Notes: generated by a model not told the origin, from the sequence alone. A stretch of 64,000 nucleotides of DNA from Aureliella sp. (GCA_963691875.1 OY829846.1:32001-96000); one strand, 5' to 3'; shown: positions 11,554-22,174, counted from the stretch's first letter. Translations and numbers: made by a program.

Positions 11554-12064
11554 TTACGCCTCGTCTATTTTGTTTTTCGTTGCGTTGAGCCCACTCCGCG
11601 ATAACATCGGCACAGCCGCGTCGACAGAAACGATGTGTCCACGAGCTAGTGTCAAGGCATACTTGACCTGGTTCTCAGTAGGACCGTCGGCCGCCCTCGC
11701 AATTTCCTGGCTATCCCAGTCGAGGAAAATTTGCGTTGCAAGACACGAATGGATTTCGCTGTTTCCAGTAAACGAATCCAAGCAATTGGTAAAGCCAGAG
11801 AAGCGATCTAACGCAACGAGTGTTCCAGCAACAACCATCGCACCGGTAGCATATGCCGCTGAGGGGCCTTTCTCTTGTTGAGCAGAGATCAGCGGCAGAG
11901 CTGACGCCTCCAAGAACATTGGCGGTTATATGGAATAACTTTGCCAAGACCTGCTTTCCACTTTTCTGTCGTTTGTACCGGTCAACCGCATCTGCAGAAA
12001 ACTGCACACAGGCATTTCGCAAGGCGTCCAGCGACTCTGCCGATTTCTCGGAATCCCGCTTCAA
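11554..12064 (-). pseudogene. Frameshifted SLATT (2TM effector) domain gene
   Basis: Frame A ..DAVDRYKRQKSGKQVLAKLFHITANVLGGV joins frame B ALPLISA..AYATGAMVVAGTLVALDRFSGFT at about 11900; pattern typical of SLATT_2-like domains. Confidence 0.6.
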
Positions 12065-12659
12065 TCTGATAATGCGCCGCTATCTATGTCATTATTTGGT
12101 GACCTGCCTCGAGGCGTAGATGGTTCATTCAGGACCAATCCCGATTCTCAATATGCGTCATAGCAGCTGTGGGGGTAGTCTTCACCGACAATTTGTGTCA
12201 ATACAGTGCATCATGGCGTTCGGCTGTAATTGCCAGCCCTAAGATTCAGAATGCAATCAGAAGGTCGACCGATTGCAGGGCGGCTCGACATTGGTTTCCA
12301 ACCGCACCCTGAGCAACTCAATGTTTCGATCACGCTAAGTTTCGGTCCGAGAATGCGGCGTGATTTCCTAGGCCGAAATGCGATGCGACCGATTCGCAAC
12401 AACTCCTCAAGTAAAGTTCTGATCCACTCCGTAGACGCTCCATGGCGTATCAACGCTTCCATCGATGAGCCAAGGCCGAACGCACTTTGTCGGTGGTCTG
12501 GGTTCGGCTCAACCCCAATGCATTTAGCTCGATTGACGATCTGCAAGGCTGAATTGTGCCTCTTTGCGCCATCCAGGAGATCTGTGCGATTTCGAGAGTC
12601 CGCAGTAAAATCTGGCTCAATCGGTAGACGAAATTGCGGCTCGCCAGCAAGCGGATGGA

Positions 12660-14456
12660 ATGAAAAACACTCGGAACTTTTGCATTATTGCTCACATCGA
12701 CCACGGCAAGTCCACGCTCGCCGATCGCCTCATCCAGTCCTGTGGCGGGATATCACAGCGTGAATTGCACGAACAAATGCTCGACTCGATGGACATCGAA
12801 CGTGAGCGTGGCATCACGATAAAGAGCAACACCATCACGCTGAGTTACAAAGCTAAAGACGGCGAAGAGTATCAACTTAACTTGATCGACACTCCCGGCC
12901 ACGTGGACTTTTCCCACGAAGTTCGCCGTTCGCTAATGGCCTGCGAAGGAGCGTTGATCGTTGTCGATGCTTCGCAAGGCGTCGAAGCGCAAACCGTCGC
13001 CAATCTGTACTTGGCGTTAGAGTACGATTTGGAGCTATTGCCGGTCATTAACAAGATTGACTTGCCAGCTGCAGACGTCGATCGTTCACGCGAATCCATT
13101 GACGCCGAGTTAGGACTAGATCCGTTTTCTGCGATCCCTGTTTCGGCCAAGACAGGAGTCGGCATCGAAGAAGTGCTCGAGGGCATCGTGCAGCAGCTGC
13201 CACCGCCAAGTGGTGATCCTGAGGCACCACTAAAAGCACTCGTTTTCGATGCCTACTTCGACAAGTATCGGGGTGTCATTCTCCAAGTTCGTGTTCTGGA
13301 TGGAACACTAAAGCCCCGTGATGTGATCCACTTCATGCATGCGGGCCGAGATTACAAAGTCGACGAGCTTGGCTACAACCAATTCAAGCTGAATCCGAAA
13401 GAACAACTCAGTGTCGGTGAAGTCGGCTACATCGTTGCCGGTGTGAAGAGCGTTCAGGATATCGAGATTGGCGATACGGTTACGCATCTCGAGCATCCCG
13501 CTGAGGAACCGATTCCTGGCTACCAAGAAGCAAAACAAGTTGTTTTCTCGTCGGTCTATCCGATGAGCACTGACGAGTACCAGGATCTGACGAAGGCGCT
13601 CGACAAGCTGGCGATCAACGACGCTGCACTAACTTATGAAAAGGATTCTTCAGCGGCACTTGGATTCGGTTTCCGCTGTGGCTTTCTAGGCTTATTGCAC
13701 TTGGATGTTATCCAAGAGCGGTTGCAGCGCGAGTTTGATATCGGACTGGTCATTTCAGCGCCGTCAGTCAAATATCAACTGACGCTGAAAGATGGTTCGA
13801 CCATGGAAGTCGACAATCCCACTTACTGGCCCGATCCATCGACGATCGACGCCACAACTGAACCCTACATCAAGGCTTCGATCCTGACACCCGAAGAGTA
13901 CGTCGGTCCCGTGATGGAGCTTTGCCGCGAGCATCGCTCAGATAGCCAGACGATGAACTACTTATCTGCTGGCCGTGTTGAAGTCACCAGTGAAATGCCA
14001 CTCGGCGAAGTGTTGTTCGACTTTTACGGCAAACTGAAGCAGATCACTCGCGGTTACGGTTCGTTTGACTACGTGCCCGTCGAGTATCGCAACACGGATA
14101 TTGTTAAAGTCGACATTTTGGTGAACAAGGAACCGATCGACGCTCTATCTTATTTGGTTCATCGAGACAAATCACGAGCCCGAGCTCTGCACTACTGCGA
14201 ACAGTTGGCGGAAGCAATTCCAAGACACCAGTTCAAGATTCCAATCCAAGGTGCCATTGGCGGAACCATTATTGCTCGCGCTACCATTCAAGCCTTCCGC
14301 AAGGACGTGACCGCAAAGCTGTACGGTGGCGACGTCACTCGAAAAAAGAAGCTCCTAGAAAAGCAGAAGAAGGGCAAAGCCAAGATGAAACAATTTGGCA
14401 GCGTCAACATTCCCCAGAAGGCCTTCGTCGCGGTGCTCAGCGAGAACAAAGACTAA
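12660..14456 (+). CDS. lepA: Translation elongation factor 4 (LepA)
   Basis: RNFCIIAHIDHGKSTLADRL, RGITIK, DTPGH, NKID, GFRCGFLGLLH, YGGDVTRKKKLLEKQKKGK. Confidence 0.98.
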   Translation: MKNTRNFCIIAHIDHGKSTLADRLIQSCGGISQRELHEQMLDSMDIERERGITIKSNTITLSYKAKDGEEYQLNLIDTPGHVDFSHEVRRSLMACEGALIVVDASQGVEAQTVANLYLALEYDLELLPVINKIDLPAADVDRSRESIDAELGLDPFSAIPVSAKTGVGIEEVLEGIVQQLPPPSGDPEAPLKALVFDAYFDKYRGVILQVRVLDGTLKPRDVIHFMHAGRDYKVDELGYNQFKLNPKEQLSVGEVGYIVAGVKSVQDIEIGDTVTHLEHPAEEPIPGYQEAKQVVFSSVYPMSTDEYQDLTKALDKLAINDAALTYEKDSSAALGFGFRCGFLGLLHLDVIQERLQREFDIGLVISAPSVKYQLTLKDGSTMEVDNPTYWPDPSTIDATTEPYIKASILTPEEYVGPVMELCREHRSDSQTMNYLSAGRVEVTSEMPLGEVLFDFYGKLKQITRGYGSFDYVPVEYRNTDIVKVDILVNKEPIDALSYLVHRDKSRARALHYCEQLAEAIPRHQFKIPIQGAIGGTIIARATIQAFRKDVTAKLYGGDVTRKKKLLEKQKKGKAKMKQFGSVNIPQKAFVAVLSENKD

Positions 14457-14458
14457 TT

Positions 14459-14504
14459 CTGACTCGCGTCAGCGATGAATCACAACCCGAAATTTCAGCG
14501 AGGA
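14459..14504 (+). repeat. Degenerate copies of the CACAACCCGACGCGTCAGCGAGGA repeat after lepA
   Basis: CACAACCCGAaattTCAGCGAGGA (14481-14504) is 20/24 identical to the 48792 arm; partial CGCGTCAGCGA at 14465. Confidence 0.6.
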
Positions 14505-14588
14505 TTTTAGGGCCATGGACCCTGTTTTTCACTATTTCTCATGCGAAGCTAAGCACTGCTGTCACTCTATTCCGAGCTTCTGCTCAAC

Positions 14589-15125
14589 GTGCCCACACCT
14601 ACCTTCTCACCGCCCGCCACGGGCGAATTCCCCGAGTACTTCGAATCTAATATCCGCAAAGCACCGGCGGGTGATTTCATCGACGTACTCATTGGCCAAC
14701 CCCAGATACTGAGAGATTTACTCGGCGACGTGCCCGAGGGCGAAGACAACAGAGGCCATGCACCTTACACCTGGACACTCAATTAAGTCGTCAGGCACTT
14801 GCTGGACGTCGAAAGGATCTTCAGCACTCGGATGCTTCGCATTGGCGTCCGCAATACGACTCCGATGCCTGGTAAGGAACAGAATGATCATGTAGATGGA
14901 CTCGACTACGAGAACCTCAGCATGTCGGCCTTGCTGGACGAGTTTGCCGCTTTGCGAGAATCAAACCGGCTGTTAGCTCTACGTCTTGGTGAAGAAGCAT
15001 TAGCGCGAACGGAAACCGCTTCCGACGGCGCAGTTTCCGCCCGCGTCAATCTCCATATTCTCGAAGGCCATGTAGAATATCACGCCGAGATCATGCGGTA
15101 ACGCGTGAACGGAATGGACGGATAG
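14589..15125 (+). pseudogene. DinB/YfiT-family gene with premature stop codons
   Basis: One frame: ..APYTWTLN*VVRHLLDVERIFSTRMLRI..GHVEYHAEIMR*RV; TAA at 14784-14786 sits where Q/E of W(S/T).K(Q/E)V.GH is expected. Confidence 0.85.
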
Positions 15126-15392
15126 TGACACCTAGAATCACCGGTTCGTATTGCGATCCCGGGAATTCCTCCTTTCCACAATTTGTGGTCTTAGAAACAA
15201 ACTTGAGCCGATCTGTCTAGCGTCAGGCTGAAAGAAGGGAACGCAGGCCGTCGGCTTACACATTGAGACTCTGGTTAGCCTGCTCTGGAAAAAAGGGAGC
15301 GTGACATCCCGGGCCAATCGGTCATAATGGAGTTTGAACGATCATCTATGATTTAGGATCGGCACTTTATTTTCCTCATTTGAAATCTTGAA

Positions 15393-16313
15393 TTGCTCCA
15401 ACACCGTCTTATTTCTGCCGCGATCGTGATCGCGACTTCGCTCCTGTTTGTTTGGATGGATGCGAACTATTCTCCTTTCGGTTGCAAAGGGGTTTGGATG
15501 CTGCCGCTAGGATGCTACTTGGTGTTAGGAAGCGCAATCGAGTGTGCTGGTATGCTGGGGCAAAGCAAGGCGGTAGGCAAGCTTGCCTCGCCTGCATTGC
15601 TGGGCTGTGGTGGAATCATGTTGGCGGCGATGATCCCGGTGTTTTGGCCCGCCTTCGAACCTTATCCCGAAGACTGCTTGCTCGGCAGATTAGGCTGGCC
15701 GCTAGCTGCAATGTTGATCGCTTTGATCGCAAGTTTTGCGTGGCACATCCGGACCTATGAGCCAGACACAAATGTTTTTGCGCGAGCCATAGCGGCGGGT
15801 TGGGTGTCTTGCTATTTCGGCGGCTGTTTTGCGTTTGCTATCGCTTTGCGGATGACAGGTGACTCGGTCTACGGGCTTTATCTTTTGGTAGGCGTCATCG
15901 TCATCACAAAATGGGCAGACTCGGGGGCTTATTTCGTAGGAAGGGCGATTGGCCGTACGAAACTTTGCCCGAAAGTAAGCCCTGGAAAGACAATTGAAGG
16001 CCTCTTAGGTGGGATGCTCATTGCCACACTCACAGGATGGATATACTTTTGTTGGTGCGGATCGATGGCTTTCGGCGACAAGATCCAAGCTGGTTGGTTG
16101 GGCGTGACGATACTTGGCGTGTCGCTGACGATTTCCGGAGTGATTGGTGACTTGTTGGAGTCAATCGTTAAGCGCGAAACGGGCTGTAAAGATAGCGGCA
16201 AGCTGCTGCCGGGCTTAGGAGGGCTGTGGGACGTTACTGATTCTCTGTTGCCAAGTTTTGTTGTCGCCTATTTGATCGTGGTGGGTGAGTTGATTACTGG
16301 ACCTGGGCAGTAG
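15393..16313 (+). CDS. cdsA: Phosphatidate cytidylyltransferase
   Basis: DSGAYFVG, SPGKTIEG, GDLLESIVKRETGCKDSG.LLPG.GG..D..DS motifs; multi-TM. Confidence 0.93.
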   Translation: MLQHRLISAAIVIATSLLFVWMDANYSPFGCKGVWMLPLGCYLVLGSAIECAGMLGQSKAVGKLASPALLGCGGIMLAAMIPVFWPAFEPYPEDCLLGRLGWPLAAMLIALIASFAWHIRTYEPDTNVFARAIAAGWVSCYFGGCFAFAIALRMTGDSVYGLYLLVGVIVITKWADSGAYFVGRAIGRTKLCPKVSPGKTIEGLLGGMLIATLTGWIYFCWCGSMAFGDKIQAGWLGVTILGVSLTISGVIGDLLESIVKRETGCKDSGKLLPGLGGLWDVTDSLLPSFVVAYLIVVGELITGPGQ

Positions 16314-16502
16314 TTGCATCGGGGGCTTTTCTGAGTTTCTCGGTCCATTATCTGAAGGGTAAGTGAGACGCAAGAAGATGATTGCAAATGACTCTCCGCG
16401 GAGGGTACCATCCCTGCCCAGATAGGCCGAATCTCACTCAAAAGAGAAGGTGAATTTGAAAGCGAAAATCTTGAACTTGATTCGTCGTGGATAGGAAGAC
16501 CC

Positions 16503-17651
16503 ATGTCGGAAGCCAACATAAATCTGAGCGACCCCGCAGCGGTTTTGAGTCTCTTTGGGCCACAAGATCGGTATCTAAAGATGATCCGTGATCATTTCGC
16601 GGTTGCCATTACGCATCGCGATGGCAAGCTGAAGATCATTGGCGAGGCGGAGGCGGTGCGGCGCGCGACGGGACTACTTGAAGGACTGCATGCGCGAGCT
16701 CAGCAGTCAGGTGGTTTGACGCGAGCCGAGGTCGAGGGTGCTTTGGAGGGAGCTCTGGAGGGAAAGCGAAACAGCGCACGGATCTTCTCGCGTGGCGGAG
16801 GGCGACTTGCTGCGGCTCAAGAACAACTTGAAACGGCTGTCGATCTGCAGCACCAGAAGCGGAAGATAAAGCCCCGGAGCCAGGGGCAGGCGGAGTATTT
16901 GACTGCAATTCGCAAAAGTGACCTAACCCTCTGCAGAGGGCCCGCTGGCTGCGGTAAGACTTACTTGGCCGTTGCTTTGGCAGTAGAAGCCTTGAAAAGC
17001 CAGCGAATCAAGAAAATCGTACTGGTCCGACCAGCCGTAGAAGCGGGCGAAAGCCTAGGATTCCTGCCAGGTGACTTGCAGGCAAAATTGAATCCCTATT
17101 TACGGCCTTTGCTAGACGCACTCAATGAGATGTTGGACTATGACCAAGTAAAGTATCTAATGGAACATGACGTGATTGAGGTTATACCCCTGGCATATAT
17201 GCGGGGTAGGACATTAAACGAAGCGTTCATCATCTTGGACGAGGCGCAGAATACAACCTCGGCGCAGATGAAGATGTTTTTGACTCGAATGGGAGATGGT
17301 TCCAAGATCGTCGTTTCGGGGGACATCACACAAGTCGATTTGCCTGGCGGCGTGACTAGCGGACTTCGGGACGCTTGGCAGCGTTTGGGTGGAATTCGAG
17401 GTATCAGTTTCGTAACTTTGGATGGCAGTGATATTGTTCGTCACCGCTTAGTGCAAGAAATTGTTGGACGGTATGAGCCGCCGCGTGGGCCGGTCGTTCA
17501 CTCGCCCATTGCCGGTTGTACTGATGTCTTGGGGCAAGACGACGGAACGATGATGGAGAAGGAAATGTTGGATCCAGCTTCGAACGATAGCCCGCGAGGC
17601 CACAACGGCCAAAGCGGAAGTGAGGAAGGCGAGTCACCGGTTAGCGACTAA
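16503..17651 (+). CDS. phoH: PhoH family ATPase
   Basis: GPAGCGKT, RPAVEAGESLGFLPGD, YMRGRTL, DEAQN, GDITQVDL. Confidence 0.95.
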   Translation: MSEANINLSDPAAVLSLFGPQDRYLKMIRDHFAVAITHRDGKLKIIGEAEAVRRATGLLEGLHARAQQSGGLTRAEVEGALEGALEGKRNSARIFSRGGGRLAAAQEQLETAVDLQHQKRKIKPRSQGQAEYLTAIRKSDLTLCRGPAGCGKTYLAVALAVEALKSQRIKKIVLVRPAVEAGESLGFLPGDLQAKLNPYLRPLLDALNEMLDYDQVKYLMEHDVIEVIPLAYMRGRTLNEAFIILDEAQNTTSAQMKMFLTRMGDGSKIVVSGDITQVDLPGGVTSGLRDAWQRLGGIRGISFVTLDGSDIVRHRLVQEIVGRYEPPRGPVVHSPIAGCTDVLGQDDGTMMEKEMLDPASNDSPRGHNGQSGSEEGESPVSD

Positions 17652-17670
17652 GCCAGACATTTGCGCCACT

Positions 17671-20007
17671 ATGGCCTCATCAACTAAGCGTACGCGTAGC
17701 GAGCGTGTTGCTTCTCTAAAGCTTGAACCGAGCGATTTATCTCGTAGGATCCGGACCCTGCTAACGGGGCCTGCACTGTTACGGTTTGCGCTCAGCCTTG
17801 TGACGGCAGTCTTGCTCGTCGTGATCTTTCAAGGCTGGAAGCCCCCGTTTGCCTATCGCGAAGGTCAAATTCCGCAGCGTGATGTGTTGGCTCGGGTTGA
17901 GTTTGAGATTGTCGACATCAACAAGACCGAGGCGGAGCGTGAGCAGGCTCGCCGGCAGGTTGCTTGTTTCTACGAGAATAAACCTGATGAAATCACTGAT
18001 CTGAACGCGCGTTTGCGGGGAGCGCTTGGAGCTTTGGCGGGTGAAAATACATTCGCCGATTTGACCAAACAGCAATCTGACGCGCTTGAGAGCTTTATCG
18101 CCCCGGGCGAAGATGAGGATTCGCCTTCTCCGGGCGACTCGCTATTGCTCATTAGAACGTTTCTAAGCGAGCATGGGGTGTTGGACGATGGCAAGTTGGA
18201 TTTGCTGCTTAAGTCCATACTTGCACCGATCGCCGACACCGGCATCTTGACTCAGCTGGCGCACAATGCCGAAGAAGGCGAACAAGGCCAGATCTTGGTT
18301 GATGGAGTCGTTGTCAATGTTGCGAAAATTCGCCGAACTGAAGTCGTAGCTGCTTTGTCTCAGCAGGTGTCCGAGGAATTTCAAAAGACCTTCAATAGTC
18401 CGGAAGTTCAGGTTGTTGCGCAGTTTGTGTCGAAGTTTCTCGTCGATAATCTACCTGCGGCCACGCTGACATATCAACGGGATGCGAGCGAGGAGGAGAG
18501 ACGCAAAGCGGAGGAGTCTGTCAAAGACGCGTTAGTCGCGTACTATCCTGCGGTTAGCAAATTGGCCGAGGCCGGGAAACCGCTTAGCCGTGAAGAACAA
18601 TTGCCTGTGCTACGAGCCGAATACGAAGCATGGATAGCGCAGTTGTCGTGGGGCGAGGTTTGCATGCGAGTTGTCGCCTTCAGCGGCATGGTTTCCGCCA
18701 TGTTCTTGCTGTGTGGTTTACTCATTCACTTCCAGTACGAAGTCGATTTGGTGTCGGGTATCGCCGAGTTGGCGCGTTTGCTGGCAACTGTGCTTGCCAC
18801 TTGCTTAGTGTGCCGATTCTTTGCCGCTGATCCGTTTCGAGCCGAACTCATTCCGCTCGTCCTATGCGGCATGACTCTGACAATCGTATATGGGCGACAG
18901 CTGGGGTTACTTGTGACGACCTGTGTAGCGCTTATGGTGACCCTCGGCATGGGGCATGATATTGGCGACTTCGTGACGATTTGCAGCGGCGTGTGTTCAG
19001 CAGCTTTCCTAATCGGACGGATTCGCACTCGCAATAAACTGATCTACGTCGGTCTGGCTACTGCAGTGGTGGTCGCTGCGACAAGCTTAGGTGTCAGCAT
19101 CGTTCAGGACAAGATTCACGCTTACATCCCTGTTGCGGAATCCACGAGCGCGGTTGTCTCCAGTTGGCGTTCTATTCTGCCATCGCTATTGCAGGAGTCC
19201 CTTCGACATGGTGGGTTTGTGCTGCTGGCAGCGGCTACCACCGCGGGCTTCCTTTCGTTCATCGAGCGGGGCTATGGAGTACAGACTGATCTGAGTTTGC
19301 TCGAATTGGGGGATGCAAGTCATGTACTCTTGCGCCAACTCGCACAGCGTGCACCGGGAACTTATAACCACTCGATCAATGTCGCTGCGATCGCAGAAGC
19401 AGCCGCGGACTCGATTGGAGCGCACGGATTGCTTACGCGTGTCGGGGCTTACTTTCACGATATCGGCAAGATGTTCAAGCCGAACTACTTCGTGGAGAAT
19501 CAGGAGCAAGGCGGCAATCGGCACGATCAGTTGCAGCCTGCCATGAGCACTTTGATCATCATAGCTCATGTTAAGGATGGGGCCGACTTAGGGCGTCAAC
19601 ATCGCTTGCCCAAGCCAATCATCGACTTCATTGAGCAGCACCACGGTACGACGCTAGTAGAGTATTTCTTCCGTGAAGCGGAGAAGCGAAGTCAGGAAAA
19701 TCCAAACAAGGAAGAAGTCTCGGAGACATCTTTCCGTTATCCTGGGCCGAGGCCGCAGACTTTGGAAGCAGCAGTGCTGATGCTGGCTGATTCGGTCGAG
19801 AGCGCTAGCCGCACTTTGGTCGAACCCACACCATCGCGTATTCAAAACCTGGTTGACGATATCGCGATGAAGAAGCTACTGGACGGCCAGTTTGACGAAT
19901 GTGGTCTGACTTTGCAGCAGTTGGAACAAGTCAAAGCATCGCTCGTGAAGTCTTTGACTGCGATTTATCATGGTCGTGTGAAGTACTCAGGGCAGGCATC
20001 GGCTTAG
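17671..20007 (+). CDS. 7TM-HD (HDIG) phosphohydrolase, PgpH-like c-di-AMP phosphodiesterase
   Basis: Extracellular domain, multiple TMs, APGTYNHS, YFHDIGK, HHGT, FRYPGPRP, MLADSVE. Confidence 0.9.
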   Translation: MASSTKRTRSERVASLKLEPSDLSRRIRTLLTGPALLRFALSLVTAVLLVVIFQGWKPPFAYREGQIPQRDVLARVEFEIVDINKTEAEREQARRQVACFYENKPDEITDLNARLRGALGALAGENTFADLTKQQSDALESFIAPGEDEDSPSPGDSLLLIRTFLSEHGVLDDGKLDLLLKSILAPIADTGILTQLAHNAEEGEQGQILVDGVVVNVAKIRRTEVVAALSQQVSEEFQKTFNSPEVQVVAQFVSKFLVDNLPAATLTYQRDASEEERRKAEESVKDALVAYYPAVSKLAEAGKPLSREEQLPVLRAEYEAWIAQLSWGEVCMRVVAFSGMVSAMFLLCGLLIHFQYEVDLVSGIAELARLLATVLATCLVCRFFAADPFRAELIPLVLCGMTLTIVYGRQLGLLVTTCVALMVTLGMGHDIGDFVTICSGVCSAAFLIGRIRTRNKLIYVGLATAVVVAATSLGVSIVQDKIHAYIPVAESTSAVVSSWRSILPSLLQESLRHGGFVLLAAATTAGFLSFIERGYGVQTDLSLLELGDASHVLLRQLAQRAPGTYNHSINVAAIAEAAADSIGAHGLLTRVGAYFHDIGKMFKPNYFVENQEQGGNRHDQLQPAMSTLIIIAHVKDGADLGRQHRLPKPIIDFIEQHHGTTLVEYFFREAEKRSQENPNKEEVSETSFRYPGPRPQTLEAAVLMLADSVESASRTLVEPTPSRIQNLVDDIAMKKLLDGQFDECGLTLQQLEQVKASLVKSLTAIYHGRVKYSGQASA

Positions 20008-20086
20008 TGTTGGCATGAGGTTTTCCTCGCTCACGCTCTAGGTAGTGGGCAACGCACAACGTTCGCCTGAATTTTGATCTCAACCT

Positions 20087-20572
20087 ATGCACGAAGCCAT
20101 ATCGCTCGAAATCGAATACCAATTGCCAGCGGGTGCGGAGCAGCCGAAGCAGGATGAAGAACGCTTCCGGAAAGCCGCGGAGTGGGTGCTTTTGAAGTTT
20201 GGGCTGCAATCGATTGTCGCTAGTGTTTCAATTATCGATGATCCGACGATCCATCGCGTGAATCGTGAGCACTTGGATCACGATTGGCCCACGGATGTGA
20301 TCAGTTTTGTGTTTGAGCCCGCTCCAAACGTGCAAGGCGAGATCATTGCGAGTTCGGATACGGCAAAGCGACTGTGTGGAGACGCGGGCTGGTCACACGA
20401 AGATGAAATTTTGCTTTATATTGTCCACGGCTTGCTGCATTTGGCTGGCTTGGATGACCAGGAAGAGTCACAGCAAAAGGAAATGCGGTGCGCCGAGCAA
20501 GTATGCTTGTTGGCCCTTGGAGTGTCAGGTGCAGCGGAACATTTAAGTCGTTGGAATGACATCTCTTATTAG
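20087..20572 (+). CDS. ybeY: rRNA maturation endoribonuclease YbeY
   Basis: PTDVISF and HGLLHLAGLDD motifs. Confidence 0.93.
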   Translation: MHEAISLEIEYQLPAGAEQPKQDEERFRKAAEWVLLKFGLQSIVASVSIIDDPTIHRVNREHLDHDWPTDVISFVFEPAPNVQGEIIASSDTAKRLCGDAGWSHEDEILLYIVHGLLHLAGLDDQEESQQKEMRCAEQVCLLALGVSGAAEHLSRWNDISY

Positions 20573-20815
20573 TGTTTCGATTAGAGCTTGCTCTCTTTGG
20601 AGAGAGTCGGGCTGTAAGGTCCTGAGAGCGGGGGTGTTTCTGGCAATCCTTTCCCCGTCAATCGGGCTCTGCCCCTCCTTACAATCTTCGTGGAACTCGG
20701 ACAGGGAGGGTCCCCACAAAAATGTGCAACACCGAGCCTCACGATCCGGTCATAGAAAAGAATGGCTTGTAAAGCTCAGACACGCTCTGCCTCCACTGGC
20801 TCTGTGGAGAGGAAC

Positions 20816-22132
20816 ATGAATGTAACTTGGCTCGGCACAGTGATGCTGACTTGCTGGGGTATGACACTGATCGGTGGGCTTGGCTCGCACGTTTTGCAAA
20901 ACTTTAATGGCAAGCGTCTCGAGGCCTACTGTCGTCTGCGGCGGCGTCCAGATCGTTATGGCGATATCCTCGACGGTCATGAACAAGCTGCGGTGGCGGC
21001 TCAGTACTTGATGGTCTTCGCAGTGGTACTCGGTTCGTTAGCTGCGGGTGCATGGTTTTATACCAATGGCGAAGTAGAAGTCATCGAAGGCCACATTAGT
21101 AGTGCCGTTGCGCCAAACGTGATTTTCGCTTGGATCATCAGCTGGTTGCTTCTTCTGACTCTGGCCGGCCTGTGGCTGCCGAGGGTCGTAGTTCACTACA
21201 GCTCGTCTCTGTTCTTGTTTCACTCCTGGCCCCTGTGGCGGACCTTAGCTTTCGTGACGCGTCCGTTTTACGGGTTCGGTGATGTGTTTTCGTGGCTTGG
21301 GTATCGCCTGAGTGATGAGCGTGACGGGGATGATTTGGAGGAGGAGGTACTGGAGGATGAAATTCGAACGATGGTAGCCGCTGGACAACGCGAAGGTGTT
21401 TTTGCGGCTGGCGTAAGTGAGATGATCCAAGGTGTGATGGATTTGGATGAAGCTGACGTCGAGGAAATCATGACGCCACGTAGCTCAGTAGATGCGATCG
21501 ACCTTGCGACGAGCTGGCAAGAAGTGTTGGCGGCAATTGCCGATTGTGGCCGGACGCGTATTCCAATATTTGATGGCACGTTGGACAACGTCGTCGGAAT
21601 TCTCTACGTGAAGGACGTCTTGAGCGTCGTGGCAAAGGAGGACTTTAAGCCGGAAGCGTCTACCTTGCGAAGTCTGCTTCGAAAACCCTGGTTTATACCG
21701 GGCAGCATGAAAGTTGACGAGTTGCTGCGAGTCTTTTTGCACAATCGAAATCACATCGCGATCGTGATCGATGAGTATCAGCAGTTTACTGGCGTCGTCA
21801 CGATCGAAGATGCGCTGGAAGAAATCGTTGGCGAGATCTCCGACGAGCTTGACACCGAAGAGGAAAGCGATCTGACTTACGACGAAGACCGTCACGTTGT
21901 TGAAGCTGAAGGCAAGGTCCCCGTGGAGAGCATAGGCGACCTGCTGGGATTGCAGCTACCTGAGTCGGACGATTATGACACGATCGGTGGATTGATAGTC
22001 CACCGCCTATCACGAATTCCCCAGGAGGGAACCGAGCTTGAGGTCGAAGGCCTAAAACTCACCGTGCTGCGAGCCAATAGTCGCATGATCCAACTTGTGA
22101 AGCTGGAGTTGCTCGAATCTGATTTGCAGTAG
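20816..22132 (+). CDS. Hemolysin family CNNM-CBS-CorC_HlyC protein (Mg/Co transport-associated)
   Basis: N-terminal TMs, IMTPR, TRIPI, IDEY..GVVTIEDALEEIVGEI.DE, DTIGG; GGAGAGG RBS. Confidence 0.92.
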   Translation: MNVTWLGTVMLTCWGMTLIGGLGSHVLQNFNGKRLEAYCRLRRRPDRYGDILDGHEQAAVAAQYLMVFAVVLGSLAAGAWFYTNGEVEVIEGHISSAVAPNVIFAWIISWLLLLTLAGLWLPRVVVHYSSSLFLFHSWPLWRTLAFVTRPFYGFGDVFSWLGYRLSDERDGDDLEEEVLEDEIRTMVAAGQREGVFAAGVSEMIQGVMDLDEADVEEIMTPRSSVDAIDLATSWQEVLAAIADCGRTRIPIFDGTLDNVVGILYVKDVLSVVAKEDFKPEASTLRSLLRKPWFIPGSMKVDELLRVFLHNRNHIAIVIDEYQQFTGVVTIEDALEEIVGEISDELDTEEESDLTYDEDRHVVEAEGKVPVESIGDLLGLQLPESDDYDTIGGLIVHRLSRIPQEGTELEVEGLKLTVLRANSRMIQLVKLELLESDLQ

Positions 22133-22174
22133 AATCAACCTTCACTTGGCAGTAGCCTTCGGGCGGCAAGTTCT

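Noticed and set aside
12211..12763. ORFs upstream of lepA (12230-12763 +, 12211-12546 -)
   Set aside because: No recognisable motifs; one overlaps lepA out of frame; probably non-coding or too decayed to call.
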